Source: a virus (Duplodnaviria > Caudoviricetes). From it: a stretch of DNA of 24,780 nucleotides. Location: positions 1 through 24,780 of IMG/VR virus record IMGVR_UViG_3300025674_000365; one strand, written 5' to 3'. A program made the translations under genes and the position numbers. Positions 1 to 9,086 of the stretch are shown piece after piece. The first letter of the stretch is position 1. Each line of letters starts with the position of its first letter. The notes under the pieces are model-generated. The model was not told the DNA's origin. It searched no databases and saw only the letters and a list, made by a program, of their open reading frames with translations.

Positions 1-13
1 GAAGCGGAAAGCG

Positions 14-1690
14 ATGATACATCAAACGACTAGCCGTGAGGTAAGCCGTGGGGAATGCCCTAGTGAAACTTGTGCATCTTCTGACGGCTGTGTCTTGTAC
101 AACGACGGTCATAGCTTCTGCTATTCCTGTAACACTTATTTTTCACCAAACGGAGAAAATTCAATGCCTCTTGATGATAGCATACATGCAGTTGCGTATA
201 GCGTGGGAAAGCCTAACAACTATGGCTTTGTGTCTGAAATCAAAGACAGGAAAATTACAAAGGAAACTTGCCAGCGTTACGGTGTGCGTATTGCACAAGA
301 CGCAGAAGGCAATGTAATCAAACATCTATATCCTTACTTCGACAAGCATGGTACGCATGTCGCCAACAAAGTTCGCGTAGTTGAAGATAAATCTTTTGTC
401 GCTGAACCGGCAGGTTCGCTTGGTCGTGCAGTCCTGTTTGGTCAGAACGTCTGCCAGCAGGGAGGTAAGTACGTCACTATCTGTGAAGGTGAAATTGATA
501 CACTTTCCATCTCACAGATGATGGGTAACAAATGGCCTGTCGTTTCAATCAAGGACGGAGCAGCATCAGCAGTACGAAACTGTAAAGGAAGCTATGACTT
601 TCTTAACAGCTTTGACAACATTATCATTTCATTCGACATGGACGAACAGGGCAAGAAAGCTGCGCGTCAGGTTGCTGAACTGTTTGAACCTAACAAGTGT
701 AAGATCGTACAGCATGAACTGAAGGATGCTAACGAGTACCTGAAGATTGGTAAGCAGGAAGAATACATTCGTTGCTGGTGGGCAGCGAAGGTGTACACTC
801 CAGCAGGTATTGTTAACCTTGCCGACTATGGTGATGCACTGTACGAAGAGACGCAACAGCAGACATGCCTGTATCCCTTTGCAGGTCTGAACGAAAAGCT
901 GTACGGTATTCGTACTGGTGAACTTGTTACCCTCACTGCTGGCACAGGTACAGGTAAGTCAAGTGTAATGCGAGAACTGATGCACCATGTCCTCAAGAAT
1001 ACTGAAGACAACATTGGTGTTATTTCTCTGGAAGAGAATGTGCGTAACACTATCTTTCACCTCATGTCAGTTGAAGCTAACGCACGGCTGTACATTCGTG
1101 AAGTACGTGAAGCTTTTGGTAAGGAAGACCTTACTAACTGGCAAAAGAATACTGTAGGTACAGGAAGGTTCTTTGCCTTTGACCATTTCGGTTCTATGGG
1201 TACAGAAGAAATTCTGGCACGTGTCAGATACATGGTAAAAGCTTTGGACTGTAAGTGGATTTTCCTTGACCATCTTTCCATTCTTGTGTCAGGATTGGAA
1301 GGCATGGACGAACGTAGGAACATTGACATTCTGATGACAAAGCTACGTAGTCTGGTAGAAGAAACAAACTGTTCATTGCTACTTGTCTCTCACCTTCGAC
1401 GTACAGGTTCTGATTCTGGACATGAAGAAGGAAAGGAAGTAAGCTTGGCACATCTACGTGGATCACAGTCCATTGCACAGTTGAGTGATGCTGTGGTTGC
1501 TATGGAACGTGATCAACAGGCTGACGATCCTAACGTAGCAAACACTACTACCATTCGTGTTCTGAAAAATCGTTATGCAGGTGAAACTGGGGTAGCTTGT
1601 CACTTGTTCTTTAACAAGGAAACTGGTAGACTGCATGAAGTTACTAACATAGGTGACTCACCGGATAACGACGACGACATTTCTCTTTAG
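14..1690 (+). CDS. T7 gp4-like DNA primase-helicase
   Basis: N-terminal Zn finger (CPSETC...CYSC), TOPRIM core (ICEGEIDTLS, FDMDEQG), DnaB-type helicase with Walker A AGTGTGKS, FLDHLS, LVSHLRR, LRGSQSIAQLSD and VLKNRYAGETG; acidic C-terminal tail. Confidence 0.96.
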   Translation: MIHQTTSREVSRGECPSETCASSDGCVLYNDGHSFCYSCNTYFSPNGENSMPLDDSIHAVAYSVGKPNNYGFVSEIKDRKITKETCQRYGVRIAQDAEGNVIKHLYPYFDKHGTHVANKVRVVEDKSFVAEPAGSLGRAVLFGQNVCQQGGKYVTICEGEIDTLSISQMMGNKWPVVSIKDGAASAVRNCKGSYDFLNSFDNIIISFDMDEQGKKAARQVAELFEPNKCKIVQHELKDANEYLKIGKQEEYIRCWWAAKVYTPAGIVNLADYGDALYEETQQQTCLYPFAGLNEKLYGIRTGELVTLTAGTGTGKSSVMRELMHHVLKNTEDNIGVISLEENVRNTIFHLMSVEANARLYIREVREAFGKEDLTNWQKNTVGTGRFFAFDHFGSMGTEEILARVRYMVKALDCKWIFLDHLSILVSGLEGMDERRNIDILMTKLRSLVEETNCSLLLVSHLRRTGSDSGHEEGKEVSLAHLRGSQSIAQLSDAVVAMERDQQADDPNVANTTTIRVLKNRYAGETGVACHLFFNKETGRLHEVTNIGDSPDNDDDISL

Positions 1691-1698
1691 GAGTAAAC

Positions 1699-3357
1699 AT
1701 GGAAGTTATTCTTGACATTGAAACTGATAGCCTCAACGCTACACAGATACATTGTATTGTTGCCAAGGAAGTTAAAAGTGGAAAGGTTTACGAATGGACT
1801 AAGGATGACTGCTATACTTCTTTTCCTAACTTCGCTAAGAACATCGAAACTTTCGTTATGCACAATGGCATTAGCTTCGATGCACCAGTACTTAATCGTC
1901 TTGCCGGAACGAACATAAAGCTTTCACAGATTAAGGATACGCTTATCCTGTCGCAGCTTTGCAATCCTATTCGTGATGGTGGACATTCTTTGGAAGCATG
2001 GGGTGAACGTCTTAATTTCAATAAGATTGATTTCAGTGACTACTCACAGTTCACTGAAGAGATGCTTACTTACTGCAAGCGTGACGTAGACGTTACACAA
2101 CGTGTATACATCTCCTTGCAGGAAGAAATCAAAACACTGGGTGTTTCTCAGCAATCAATTGATCTTGAACATAAGGTACGTGCATTAATCAATCAGCAAG
2201 AACGTAACGGATTTGCTCTGGACATTCCAAAGTCAATGTGTTTAGTTAACAAGCTGGAGGATATGGCAACGAAGATTGAGAACGATCTTCAAGAAAGGTA
2301 TCCTCCTATCGTTGAAGAAAGATATTCAGAGAAGACAGGTAAAAAGTTAAAGGACAAAGTAACTATCTTCAATCCTGCAAGCCGACAGCAAATTGCAAGT
2401 AGACTGATGGAACAGGGTTGGGTACCCGAGAAGACTACTGAAAAGGGTCATCCAATCGTTGACGAAACTGTTCTGATGGAAATTGATTTACCTGATGCAA
2501 AGATAATTGCAGAGTATCTTCTTCTTCAGAAACGTGTAGCACAGGTCAAGTCATGGCTTGAACTTGTACAGGAGGACGGTAAAGTACATGGAAAGGTTCT
2601 TACACTGCGTGCAGTCACTGGTAGAATGGCACATAATTCTCCCAATGTCGCGCAGGTTCCGGCAGTTTATTCTCCTTATGGAAAAGAATGTAGGGAGTGT
2701 TGGACTGTTGCTTCCCCAAACAATGTTCTTGTTGGTTGTGATGCTTCTTCTCTTGAACTACGTGTTCTAGCACATTATCTTGGTGACACTAAGTTTATCA
2801 AAGAAGTAGTTGAAGGAGATATTCATACAGCTAACCAGAATGCAGCAGGACTTGAAACACGTGATCAAGCAAAAACGTTTATCTATGCTTTTATCTATGG
2901 TGCTGGTCCTGCAAAGATTGGTAGCATTGTTGGTGGTGGTTGGAATGAAGGTCAGGGTTTGATTGACAAGTTTCTTGAGAACGTACCCTCTCTAAAAACT
3001 TTCAGAGAAAAAGTTGATAAAGTTGCAGCAAGAGGAAACCTAGCTGGTATTGATGGGCGTAAGCTTATAGTTCGTTCTCAACATGCAGCATTAAACCTTC
3101 TAATTCAAGGAGGAGGTGCGATTATTTGTAAGCAGTGGTTGATTGAGATTGACAAGCTGAAGAAAATTCGTAAACTACGTGCTGATCTTGTCGCAAGCAT
3201 ACACGACGAGTATCAGTTTGAAGTACACAAGGAAGATGCTGAAAAGTTTGGTGAAGTTACCAAGCTTGCAATGAAGGAAACAGAAAGGAAGCTGAATGTA
3301 CGATGTCCACTAGGAAGCGAATACAAAATCGGCCTGAACTGGGCAGAGACACACTAG
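1699..3357 (+). CDS. polA: Family A DNA polymerase with 3'-5' exonuclease (T7 gp5-like, compact)
   Basis: Exo motifs DIETD, HNGISFD and YCKRD; polymerase motif A DASSLELR, motif B RDQAKTFIYAFIYG, motif C HDEYQ; GGAG SD upstream. Confidence 0.96.
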   Translation: MEVILDIETDSLNATQIHCIVAKEVKSGKVYEWTKDDCYTSFPNFAKNIETFVMHNGISFDAPVLNRLAGTNIKLSQIKDTLILSQLCNPIRDGGHSLEAWGERLNFNKIDFSDYSQFTEEMLTYCKRDVDVTQRVYISLQEEIKTLGVSQQSIDLEHKVRALINQQERNGFALDIPKSMCLVNKLEDMATKIENDLQERYPPIVEERYSEKTGKKLKDKVTIFNPASRQQIASRLMEQGWVPEKTTEKGHPIVDETVLMEIDLPDAKIIAEYLLLQKRVAQVKSWLELVQEDGKVHGKVLTLRAVTGRMAHNSPNVAQVPAVYSPYGKECRECWTVASPNNVLVGCDASSLELRVLAHYLGDTKFIKEVVEGDIHTANQNAAGLETRDQAKTFIYAFIYGAGPAKIGSIVGGGWNEGQGLIDKFLENVPSLKTFREKVDKVAARGNLAGIDGRKLIVRSQHAALNLLIQGGGAIICKQWLIEIDKLKKIRKLRADLVASIHDEYQFEVHKEDAEKFGEVTKLAMKETERKLNVRCPLGSEYKIGLNWAETH

Positions 3358-3887
3358 TAATTCTTAATGATGCAGAGATACAGTTAGCACATTTGATTGC
3401 TGACAGTAGATATGCTAAAAACAGGAAAGAAGGTGTGTTTGATAATAAGCAAGATAAGAAAAGAACTTCAATTGAAATTGACAGAGATGGAGTTGAATCT
3501 GAACTTGCTTTCTTTAAACTTATAGGAAAATATCCTGAACCTATCTTTGACTTTTCAATAAAGTCAAAAGAAAAGGGAACAGATGATGGAGATGCCCTTA
3601 TTGACAACATGGCTATCGACATCAAGTCAACCAGATATAAGACAGGAAGACTTGTTCAATCTGGTTCACTAACGAAACCTTCAGTACCTTCAGTTGATCT
3701 TTTCTGTCTTATGATCAAAGAGGGAGAAAATTCCTATAGACTAAAAGGCTTTTATCCTGCAAAGATGTTGCTTCGTGAAGAGAATTATGGTAAACACTTT
3801 CCCGGTAGGCCGTGTTTTATGGTTGAGCAAACTGACTTAATGGAGTATGGTGACTGTGTAAAAAAAGTGCTTGACATGCGTAAGTGA
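3303..3887 (+). CDS. Hypothetical protein, probable PD-(D/E)XK nuclease fold
   Basis: 194-aa ORF with G.ESELAF helix and DDGD...IDIKST pattern; overlaps the polA 3' end by 55 nt; start uncertain. Confidence 0.6.
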   Translation: MSTRKRIQNRPELGRDTLVILNDAEIQLAHLIADSRYAKNRKEGVFDNKQDKKRTSIEIDRDGVESELAFFKLIGKYPEPIFDFSIKSKEKGTDDGDALIDNMAIDIKSTRYKTGRLVQSGSLTKPSVPSVDLFCLMIKEGENSYRLKGFYPAKMLLREENYGKHFPGRPCFMVEQTDLMEYGDCVKKVLDMRK

Positions 3888-3899
3888 GTTGTGTATATT
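3860..3899 (+). promoter_or_regulatory. Sigma70-type promoter upstream of the SSB gene
   Basis: TTGACA (3871-3876), 17-nt spacer, TATATT (3894-3899); A7 tract upstream (UP-like). Confidence 0.8.
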
Positions 3900-3959
3900 A
3901 ACAATCCTTAGACAGCCACATTGTGTGGCACTATGAAAATGAAAGGAAGAAAACAGACT

Positions 3960-4436
3960 ATGGTTGAAAAGAGCAAGAACTACATCATTAGCGGCGAAGC
4001 TTTCTGGGCAAGCCTTGTACAACCTAATACTAAGTATGTACCTTCTTGGCAGGTAGACGTAGGAAATCTAGACGACAATACTGCTAAGATGCTAAAAGAT
4101 TTAGACCTTAATGTTCGTAAGTGCGACAAGCAAGAACATAATCGAGGCATGTTTATTACGCTAAAGCGTAAGGTGGCTTATCAGTCCGGTGAACAGAAGA
4201 GTCCTCCCATCGTAAAGGATTCACAGAATAATCCTTGGAATGGTATGCTGATTGGTAACGGTAGCAAGATCAATGCAAAGTTCCATGTGTACACTAACAG
4301 CTATGGTACCTTTGCTGAACTTGATGCTGTTCAAGTAGTTAAGCTTGTTGAGTATGCTCGTAGCGATTTTGATACTGTTGAAGGTGGTTACACCGTTTCA
4401 AACGAATCAAATGATCTGGAAGAAATCGCTCTATAA
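3960..4436 (+). CDS. Single-stranded DNA-binding protein (T7 gp2.5-like)
   Basis: G.AFWA..PN, P.VKDS..N.W...IGNGSK, L.AVQVV.LVEY and an acidic C-tail; ATG 3960 preceded by AAAGGAAG is preferred over the track start at 3921. Confidence 0.8.
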   Translation: MVEKSKNYIISGEAFWASLVQPNTKYVPSWQVDVGNLDDNTAKMLKDLDLNVRKCDKQEHNRGMFITLKRKVAYQSGEQKSPPIVKDSQNNPWNGMLIGNGSKINAKFHVYTNSYGTFAELDAVQVVKLVEYARSDFDTVEGGYTVSNESNDLEEIAL

Positions 4437-4457
4437 CATAACGTAATTCACCAAGGG

Positions 4458-4513
4458 GTTGTCACTTGGAGTTGGACAACATAATACAAGCAGGTGTGGA
4501 GTGGGACTGCTTG
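4458..4513 (+). promoter_or_regulatory. Tandem hairpins with repeated TGGAGT(T/G)GGAC in the leader of the HTH gene
   Basis: Stems GTTGTC/GACAAC (4458-4480) and CAAGCAG/CTGCTTG (4487-4513); 11-nt repeat at 4467 and 4497. Confidence 0.5.
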
Positions 4514-4535
4514 ATCATAGGAAAGGTAAAACAGA

Positions 4536-4760
4536 ATGACTAACGAAGACAAGATTCTATCAGCACTAAAGCGTCGTATGCGTGTTACTCGTAAGACTGC
4601 CATTGAGCATGGCTGGTGTGAAAATCTAACTGCTACTATTGCTCGTCTCCGCAATCGTGGCTACAAGATTCTTACTCTAAAGGCCATGACACCGGAAGGT
4701 GTACCGTATACTCGCTATCGCCTAGTAAGTTCAGCCTCTCCCGCAAAGGCTGCTGCCTAA
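4536..4760 (+). CDS. Small winged helix-turn-helix DNA-binding protein
   Basis: 74 aa, basic; ILSALK..R.T...A......L.A.IARLR.RGYKI.T...YRL pattern resembles phage HTH_39-like proteins; AGGAAAGG SD. Confidence 0.75.
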   Translation: MTNEDKILSALKRRMRVTRKTAIEHGWCENLTATIARLRNRGYKILTLKAMTPEGVPYTRYRLVSSASPAKAAA

Positions 4761-4787
4761 CTAGGTTAGGGCAGGGATGATAGGCCA

Positions 4788-5636
4788 ATGAAAAAAATCG
4801 ACACTCTGGTAGAAGATATTTATGATCTTTTTACCAGCAACACAGAGATAACAATTAATAATAATGATCTGGAAGAACTAGCCGAGTCGATCAAGAAGTC
4901 TATTGTCTCTGCCCTCTCTCGTAAGCAACAGGATCGTAAGAAGACACTTCGCCTTTCTCTTATTGGTCATCCAGACAGGAAGATTTGGTATGATCTAAAA
5001 AGTGGCGCAGAGAAAGAACAGCTTTCCGGTCCTACGCTAATCAAGTTTCTGTATGGTGATATTCTTGAGGCGTTGCTTATCTTTCTGTGCAAGCAGTCAG
5101 GTCATACAGTAAAAGAAGAACAGAAGGAAGTCGAGGTTGCAGGTGTTGTAGGTCATCACGATGCTATCGTTGATGATGTACTAGTTGATTTTAAGTCAGC
5201 TTCACCTTATGGCTTTAAGAAGTTTAAGGAAGGTACTGTAGTTTCAGACGATCCTTTTGGATACATTGCACAAATATCTGCATACAGCACAGCAAACAAC
5301 ACTACTGAAGCAGGATTTATTGCAATTGATAAATCAGGAGGAGAGATTGCTTACTGTCCTATTCACAGCATGGACATGATCAATGCAGAAAATAGAATCA
5401 ATTATATCAAAGCATTTCTTGAACATGATGCTCCTCCAAAAAAGTGTTATGATCCTATTCCTGATGGTTCCAGTGGTAATATGCGTCTGGCCGTTGGCTG
5501 TTCTTTTTGTGACTACAAGTATGATTGTTGGAAAGATGCGAATGGTGGTAAAGGTATTCGTACATTCAATTACTCAAATGGTCCGAAGCATCTTGTCCAA
5601 GTAGGTAAAGAACCTAATGTGCCGGAAGTAACATGA
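4788..5636 (+). CDS. Cas4-like PD-(D/E)XK exonuclease
   Basis: LRLS.IG.P.RK.WY, G.ILE, GHHDA.VD..LVDFKS, Y..Q...Y, and a C-terminal Cys cluster KKC...CSFCDYKYDCW. Confidence 0.85.
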   Translation: MKKIDTLVEDIYDLFTSNTEITINNNDLEELAESIKKSIVSALSRKQQDRKKTLRLSLIGHPDRKIWYDLKSGAEKEQLSGPTLIKFLYGDILEALLIFLCKQSGHTVKEEQKEVEVAGVVGHHDAIVDDVLVDFKSASPYGFKKFKEGTVVSDDPFGYIAQISAYSTANNTTEAGFIAIDKSGGEIAYCPIHSMDMINAENRINYIKAFLEHDAPPKKCYDPIPDGSSGNMRLAVGCSFCDYKYDCWKDANGGKGIRTFNYSNGPKHLVQVGKEPNVPEVT

Positions 5637-6118
5637 TAAAATTTAGATCAAAGTCAGAAAGAACCACAGCAGATTATCTTAACCTAGCCGAACTTCAATA
5701 CAAGTTTGAACCGTACTATATTCAGTACACTTGGTTAGAGTACAAAAAGTACCTTCCAGATTTTGTCCTTCCCAACGGAATTATCATAGAAGTTAAAGGT
5801 AGGTTTACTCTTGAAGACAGAAAGAAGCATATGTTTCTAAAAGAAACACATCCTGATCTTGATGTTCGATTTGTATTTGATAATCCTAAAAAGAAATTAA
5901 ACAAAGGTGGTAAGTCAACTTATGCTGACTGGTGTTTGAAGAATGGTTTTCAGTTCACCAGCCTAGCTGAAGTTTCAGTAGTAGAAAAGTGGTACAATGA
6001 ACGAGGAAGAAGCCTTTCTTCTGGAAGTAGAACAGACACTGGAAAAAGAACAAAGTCAAGAACGAGTACTCTTTCTAAGCGTAATACTTCAAGCACTTCT
6101 AGACGCAACAAAGCCTGA
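5633..6118 (+). CDS. Endonuclease I / Holliday junction resolvase (T7 gp3-like)
   Basis: FRS..E, YLPDF.LPNGIIIEVKG, DRKKH, HPDLDVRFVF, YADWC.KNGF; ATGA overlap with the exonuclease stop. Confidence 0.93.
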   Translation: MIKFRSKSERTTADYLNLAELQYKFEPYYIQYTWLEYKKYLPDFVLPNGIIIEVKGRFTLEDRKKHMFLKETHPDLDVRFVFDNPKKKLNKGGKSTYADWCLKNGFQFTSLAEVSVVEKWYNERGRSLSSGSRTDTGKRTKSRTSTLSKRNTSSTSRRNKA

Positions 6119-6335
6119 AAGCATCCACGAACCTGAAGAAGAAATCTATGCACGTAGACATGCACAGGCATGGTTCTTTGCTTCAGTAGGAGTAACTGCA
6201 CAGGACTATGTTGACGTATGTGATATGGCAGGAGTTGATCCTGCCTATATGCGTAGCTTTGCATTTAAGGTTCTTCGTTCAGGTGAAGTAAAATATGTAC
6301 GACGAAGAATTAACACTGTACTTTCATTCAAATAG
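5997..6335 (+). CDS. Hypothetical phage protein
   Basis: 112-aa ORF with phage-like codon usage and pattern LF..VILQALLDA...A.AWF...D...VC..AG.DP; abuts the next gene. Confidence 0.75.
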   Translation: MNEEEAFLLEVEQTLEKEQSQERVLFLSVILQALLDATKPESIHEPEEEIYARRHAQAWFFASVGVTAQDYVDVCDMAGVDPAYMRSFAFKVLRSGEVKYVRRRINTVLSFK

Positions 6336-6344
6336 GTGATATAT

Positions 6345-6683
6345 ATGGACCGTGATACTGAGATTGTAAACATGTACCGCAACAGGAATAAAGAAAGTGA
6401 TGCTGCTCCTGTTATTAAGTATAATTACACTGAAGATAAGATTCTTGAAGAGTTAAAGAAGTATATAGATGCTACATACAGCCAGCATTATGCACAAGGT
6501 AAATACCAAGCAACTGATACGATCATTGATGCTGAATATGGTGAAGGATTTTGTATGGGTAATGTGCTAAAATACTGGAAGAGATACGGTAAAAAGGACG
6601 GCAGAAACCGTAAGGACTTGCTCAAGATCATACATTATGCTATGATTATGCTTTTCCTTCACGATTCAACCCAAACAAAATAG
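6345..6683 (+). CDS. DUF3310/SaV-like protein (T7 gp1.7-related, putative nucleotide kinase)
   Basis: HY..G..Q..D.I....GEGFCMGNV.KY..RYGKK.G....DL.K..HY; ATG 6345 follows AGGTGA (track start is GTG 6336). Confidence 0.75.
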   Translation: MDRDTEIVNMYRNRNKESDAAPVIKYNYTEDKILEELKKYIDATYSQHYAQGKYQATDTIIDAEYGEGFCMGNVLKYWKRYGKKDGRNRKDLLKIIHYAMIMLFLHDSTQTK

Positions 6684-6695
6684 GAGACACAATTC

Positions 6696-8477
6696 ATGGG
6701 CATCACGGTTGACCCGAACAGAGATACTTTATTTGATAAATTAGGAGTAACAAGACTAAAAGAATCGTACATGGCAGACGGAGAGATTTCTCCGCAGGAA
6801 AGATTTGCCTTCGTTTCTTCTGCATTTTCCAGCAATCCTGATCATGCACAGAGACTGTACGATTATTCTTCAAAGCATTGGCTGTCCTACTCTACTCCTA
6901 TTCTGTCTTATGGTAGGTCTTCACGTGGACTGCCTATCTCTTGCTATTTAAATTACATCAACGATACAGCAGAAGGTCTTGTAGATAATCTATCAGAGAC
7001 TAACTGGCTGTCCATGCTAGGAGGTGGAGTTGGAATTGGTTTCGGTATACGCGCTGCTGATGATAAATCTACTGGGGTTATGCCACACCTTAGAATGTAT
7101 GACGCATCCTCATTGGCGTACAGGCAAGGTAAAACACGTCGTGGTTCTTACGCTGCATATCTTAGCGTTGACCATCCTGACATCCTACTTTTTCTTGAAA
7201 TGAGAAAGCCGACTGGTGATCAGAACTTTCGTTGTCTGAACATGCACCACGGCATTAATATTCCTGACGAGTTTATGCAGATCATTGAGAACTGTATGAC
7301 TAATCCTTATGCTGACGATAGCTGGGAATTAAAAGACCCTCACACAGATGAAGTAAAAGAAGTTGTTTCTGCACGTGATCTATGGCAGCGTATTCTTGAA
7401 CTACGTATGCACACTGGAGAACCTTACCTTCATTTCATTGATCGTTCCAATGAGAAGCTTCCTTCATGGCTAAAGGAAAAGGGTCTTAAAGTTCAGCAGT
7501 CAAATCTTTGCTCTGAAATTATTCTTCCTACTGACAAGGATCGTACTGCTGTTTGTTGTCTATCTTCCGTAAACCTTGAGTACTATGACGAATGGTCCAA
7601 GGACGAAATGTTCCTTCGTGATGTACTGGAGATGCTTGATAATGTTCTACAAAAGTTTATTGATGCTGCTCCTGATTCTATTAGCCGTGCAAAGTACTCC
7701 GCTATACGCGAACGATCAGTTGGAGTTGGTGCATTGGGATTCCACGCCTATCTGCAAAAGAAAGGTATGCCCTTTGAATCTGCACTTGCAAAGTCAACTA
7801 ATAGAAGAATTTTCAAACACATCAGAGAAGGACTTGATAAAGCCAACATCGACCTTGGAAAGATCAGAGGTGAAGCACCTGACGCTTTCGGGACAGGACG
7901 GCGTTGTAGTCATATCATGGCAATTGCACCCAATGCTTCTTCTTCGATCATTATGGGAAACACATCACCTTCTATTGAACCTTGGCGAGCAAACGCCTAC
8001 AGGCAAGATACAATTAGTGGTGCGTTTCTAAACAAGAATAAGTTCCTTGATCAGCTTATCAAAGATAAGTGCAGCAAAGATAGTTCACTTAACTACGACA
8101 AGATTTGGTCTTCCATTATTGCTAACGATGGTTCAGTTCAGCATCTGAAATGTCTTGACAATTACGAGAAAGACATATATAAAACTTCGATGGAGATTGA
8201 CCAGCGTTGGGTAATTGAACATGCTGCTGATCGTCAGGAGTACATTGATCAGTCTCAGTCACTAAATGTTTTCTTTCGTCCTGACGTTAACATCAGCTAT
8301 CTACATGCAGTACACTTCATGGCATGGAAGAAGGGACTAAAGACAATGTATTACTGCCGTTCAGAGAAAATCAATAAGGCTGATCGTGTCTCTCGTAAGA
8401 TTGAACGTCAGATTATCAAAGAGATTGATATGGAGGCACTAGCCTCTGGTGAAGAATGTCTAGCGTGTGAGGGATAA
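6696..8477 (+). CDS. nrdA: Ribonucleotide reductase class I alpha subunit (short, no ATP cone)
   Basis: STP, ISCY, GGG.G, SNLCSEI thiyl-radical motif, VCCLSS, APNASSS, DQSQSLN, MYYCRS tyrosine pair, C-terminal CLAC; GGAG SD. Confidence 0.97.
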   Translation: MGITVDPNRDTLFDKLGVTRLKESYMADGEISPQERFAFVSSAFSSNPDHAQRLYDYSSKHWLSYSTPILSYGRSSRGLPISCYLNYINDTAEGLVDNLSETNWLSMLGGGVGIGFGIRAADDKSTGVMPHLRMYDASSLAYRQGKTRRGSYAAYLSVDHPDILLFLEMRKPTGDQNFRCLNMHHGINIPDEFMQIIENCMTNPYADDSWELKDPHTDEVKEVVSARDLWQRILELRMHTGEPYLHFIDRSNEKLPSWLKEKGLKVQQSNLCSEIILPTDKDRTAVCCLSSVNLEYYDEWSKDEMFLRDVLEMLDNVLQKFIDAAPDSISRAKYSAIRERSVGVGALGFHAYLQKKGMPFESALAKSTNRRIFKHIREGLDKANIDLGKIRGEAPDAFGTGRRCSHIMAIAPNASSSIIMGNTSPSIEPWRANAYRQDTISGAFLNKNKFLDQLIKDKCSKDSSLNYDKIWSSIIANDGSVQHLKCLDNYEKDIYKTSMEIDQRWVIEHAADRQEYIDQSQSLNVFFRPDVNISYLHAVHFMAWKKGLKTMYYCRSEKINKADRVSRKIERQIIKEIDMEALASGEECLACEG

Positions 8478-8480
8478 ATA

Positions 8481-8681
8481 ATGTTATACGAGATTAGATT
8501 ATCAGAAGATCAAACTGAAGACATAACAGTAGAATATCTGGAAGAGTGTTTTCATATAGATAATGCTCCTAAAAAAGAGATTGCAACTGTATTAAAATTT
8601 ATTCGGACTGAATCAGAATTTGAAGAATGGAAAAATGAAGTAATAAAATATTTTGGCTCTTTTATTTATAAGAATGTTTAG
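8481..8681 (+). CDS. Hypothetical protein (AT-rich)
   Basis: 66-aa ORF directly after nrdA with GAGG SD; no recognisable motif. Confidence 0.6.
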   Translation: MLYEIRLSEDQTEDITVEYLEECFHIDNAPKKEIATVLKFIRTESEFEEWKNEVIKYFGSFIYKNV

Positions 8682-8697
8682 CTTGTGAGGGTTAATT

Positions 8698-9066
8698 ATG
8701 TCAAATAAAGATTATGTTATTGTAAATTGTATTTCACCTTTTTTAATACGTTACGTTATTCATAAAGACGATCTACAAAAATTGAATCCAAATAAACCAT
8801 GTGAACCAGTTGAATGGGCAAAAGATGTTGTGGATGCTGACAAGGCTTTAGAAGAATTTTCTCAAGAAGATCTTGGTATCTATATAGTAGATGTTAATGT
8901 CGTTAATGAAGAATATGTGCTTGATCTATATGATCAGTGCACATACTATCCAAAACCTCAGTCTAAAGAGGATAAAATGGAATCAATCAGACAAAATTGG
9001 TTTAGTGACACTCACACTAAATGGGTCGCAGAAAATGTGTGGGGAGCGTGGAAAGAAAACGACTGA
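8698..9066 (+). CDS. Hypothetical phage protein
   Basis: 122 aa with GAGG SD; V.V..IS.F..RYV...EWA.D.V....EFSQ..LG..IV pattern. Confidence 0.75.
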   Translation: MSNKDYVIVNCISPFLIRYVIHKDDLQKLNPNKPCEPVEWAKDVVDADKALEEFSQEDLGIYIVDVNVVNEEYVLDLYDQCTYYPKPQSKEDKMESIRQNWFSDTHTKWVAENVWGAWKEND

Positions 9067-9086
9067 AAAGAAGAGTAATTAATATA

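Noticed and set aside
4788-5636. CRISPR-Cas system suggested by the Cas4-like gene
   Set aside because: No repeat-spacer array or other cas genes; solo Cas4-like nucleases are common in phage replication modules.
9020-9066. C-terminus of the 122-aa ORF (AENVWGAW) resembling the NrdB tail (WSEVWAN) as an RNR-binding mimic
   Set aside because: Similarity is only 2-3 residues with no DNA-level match; too weak.
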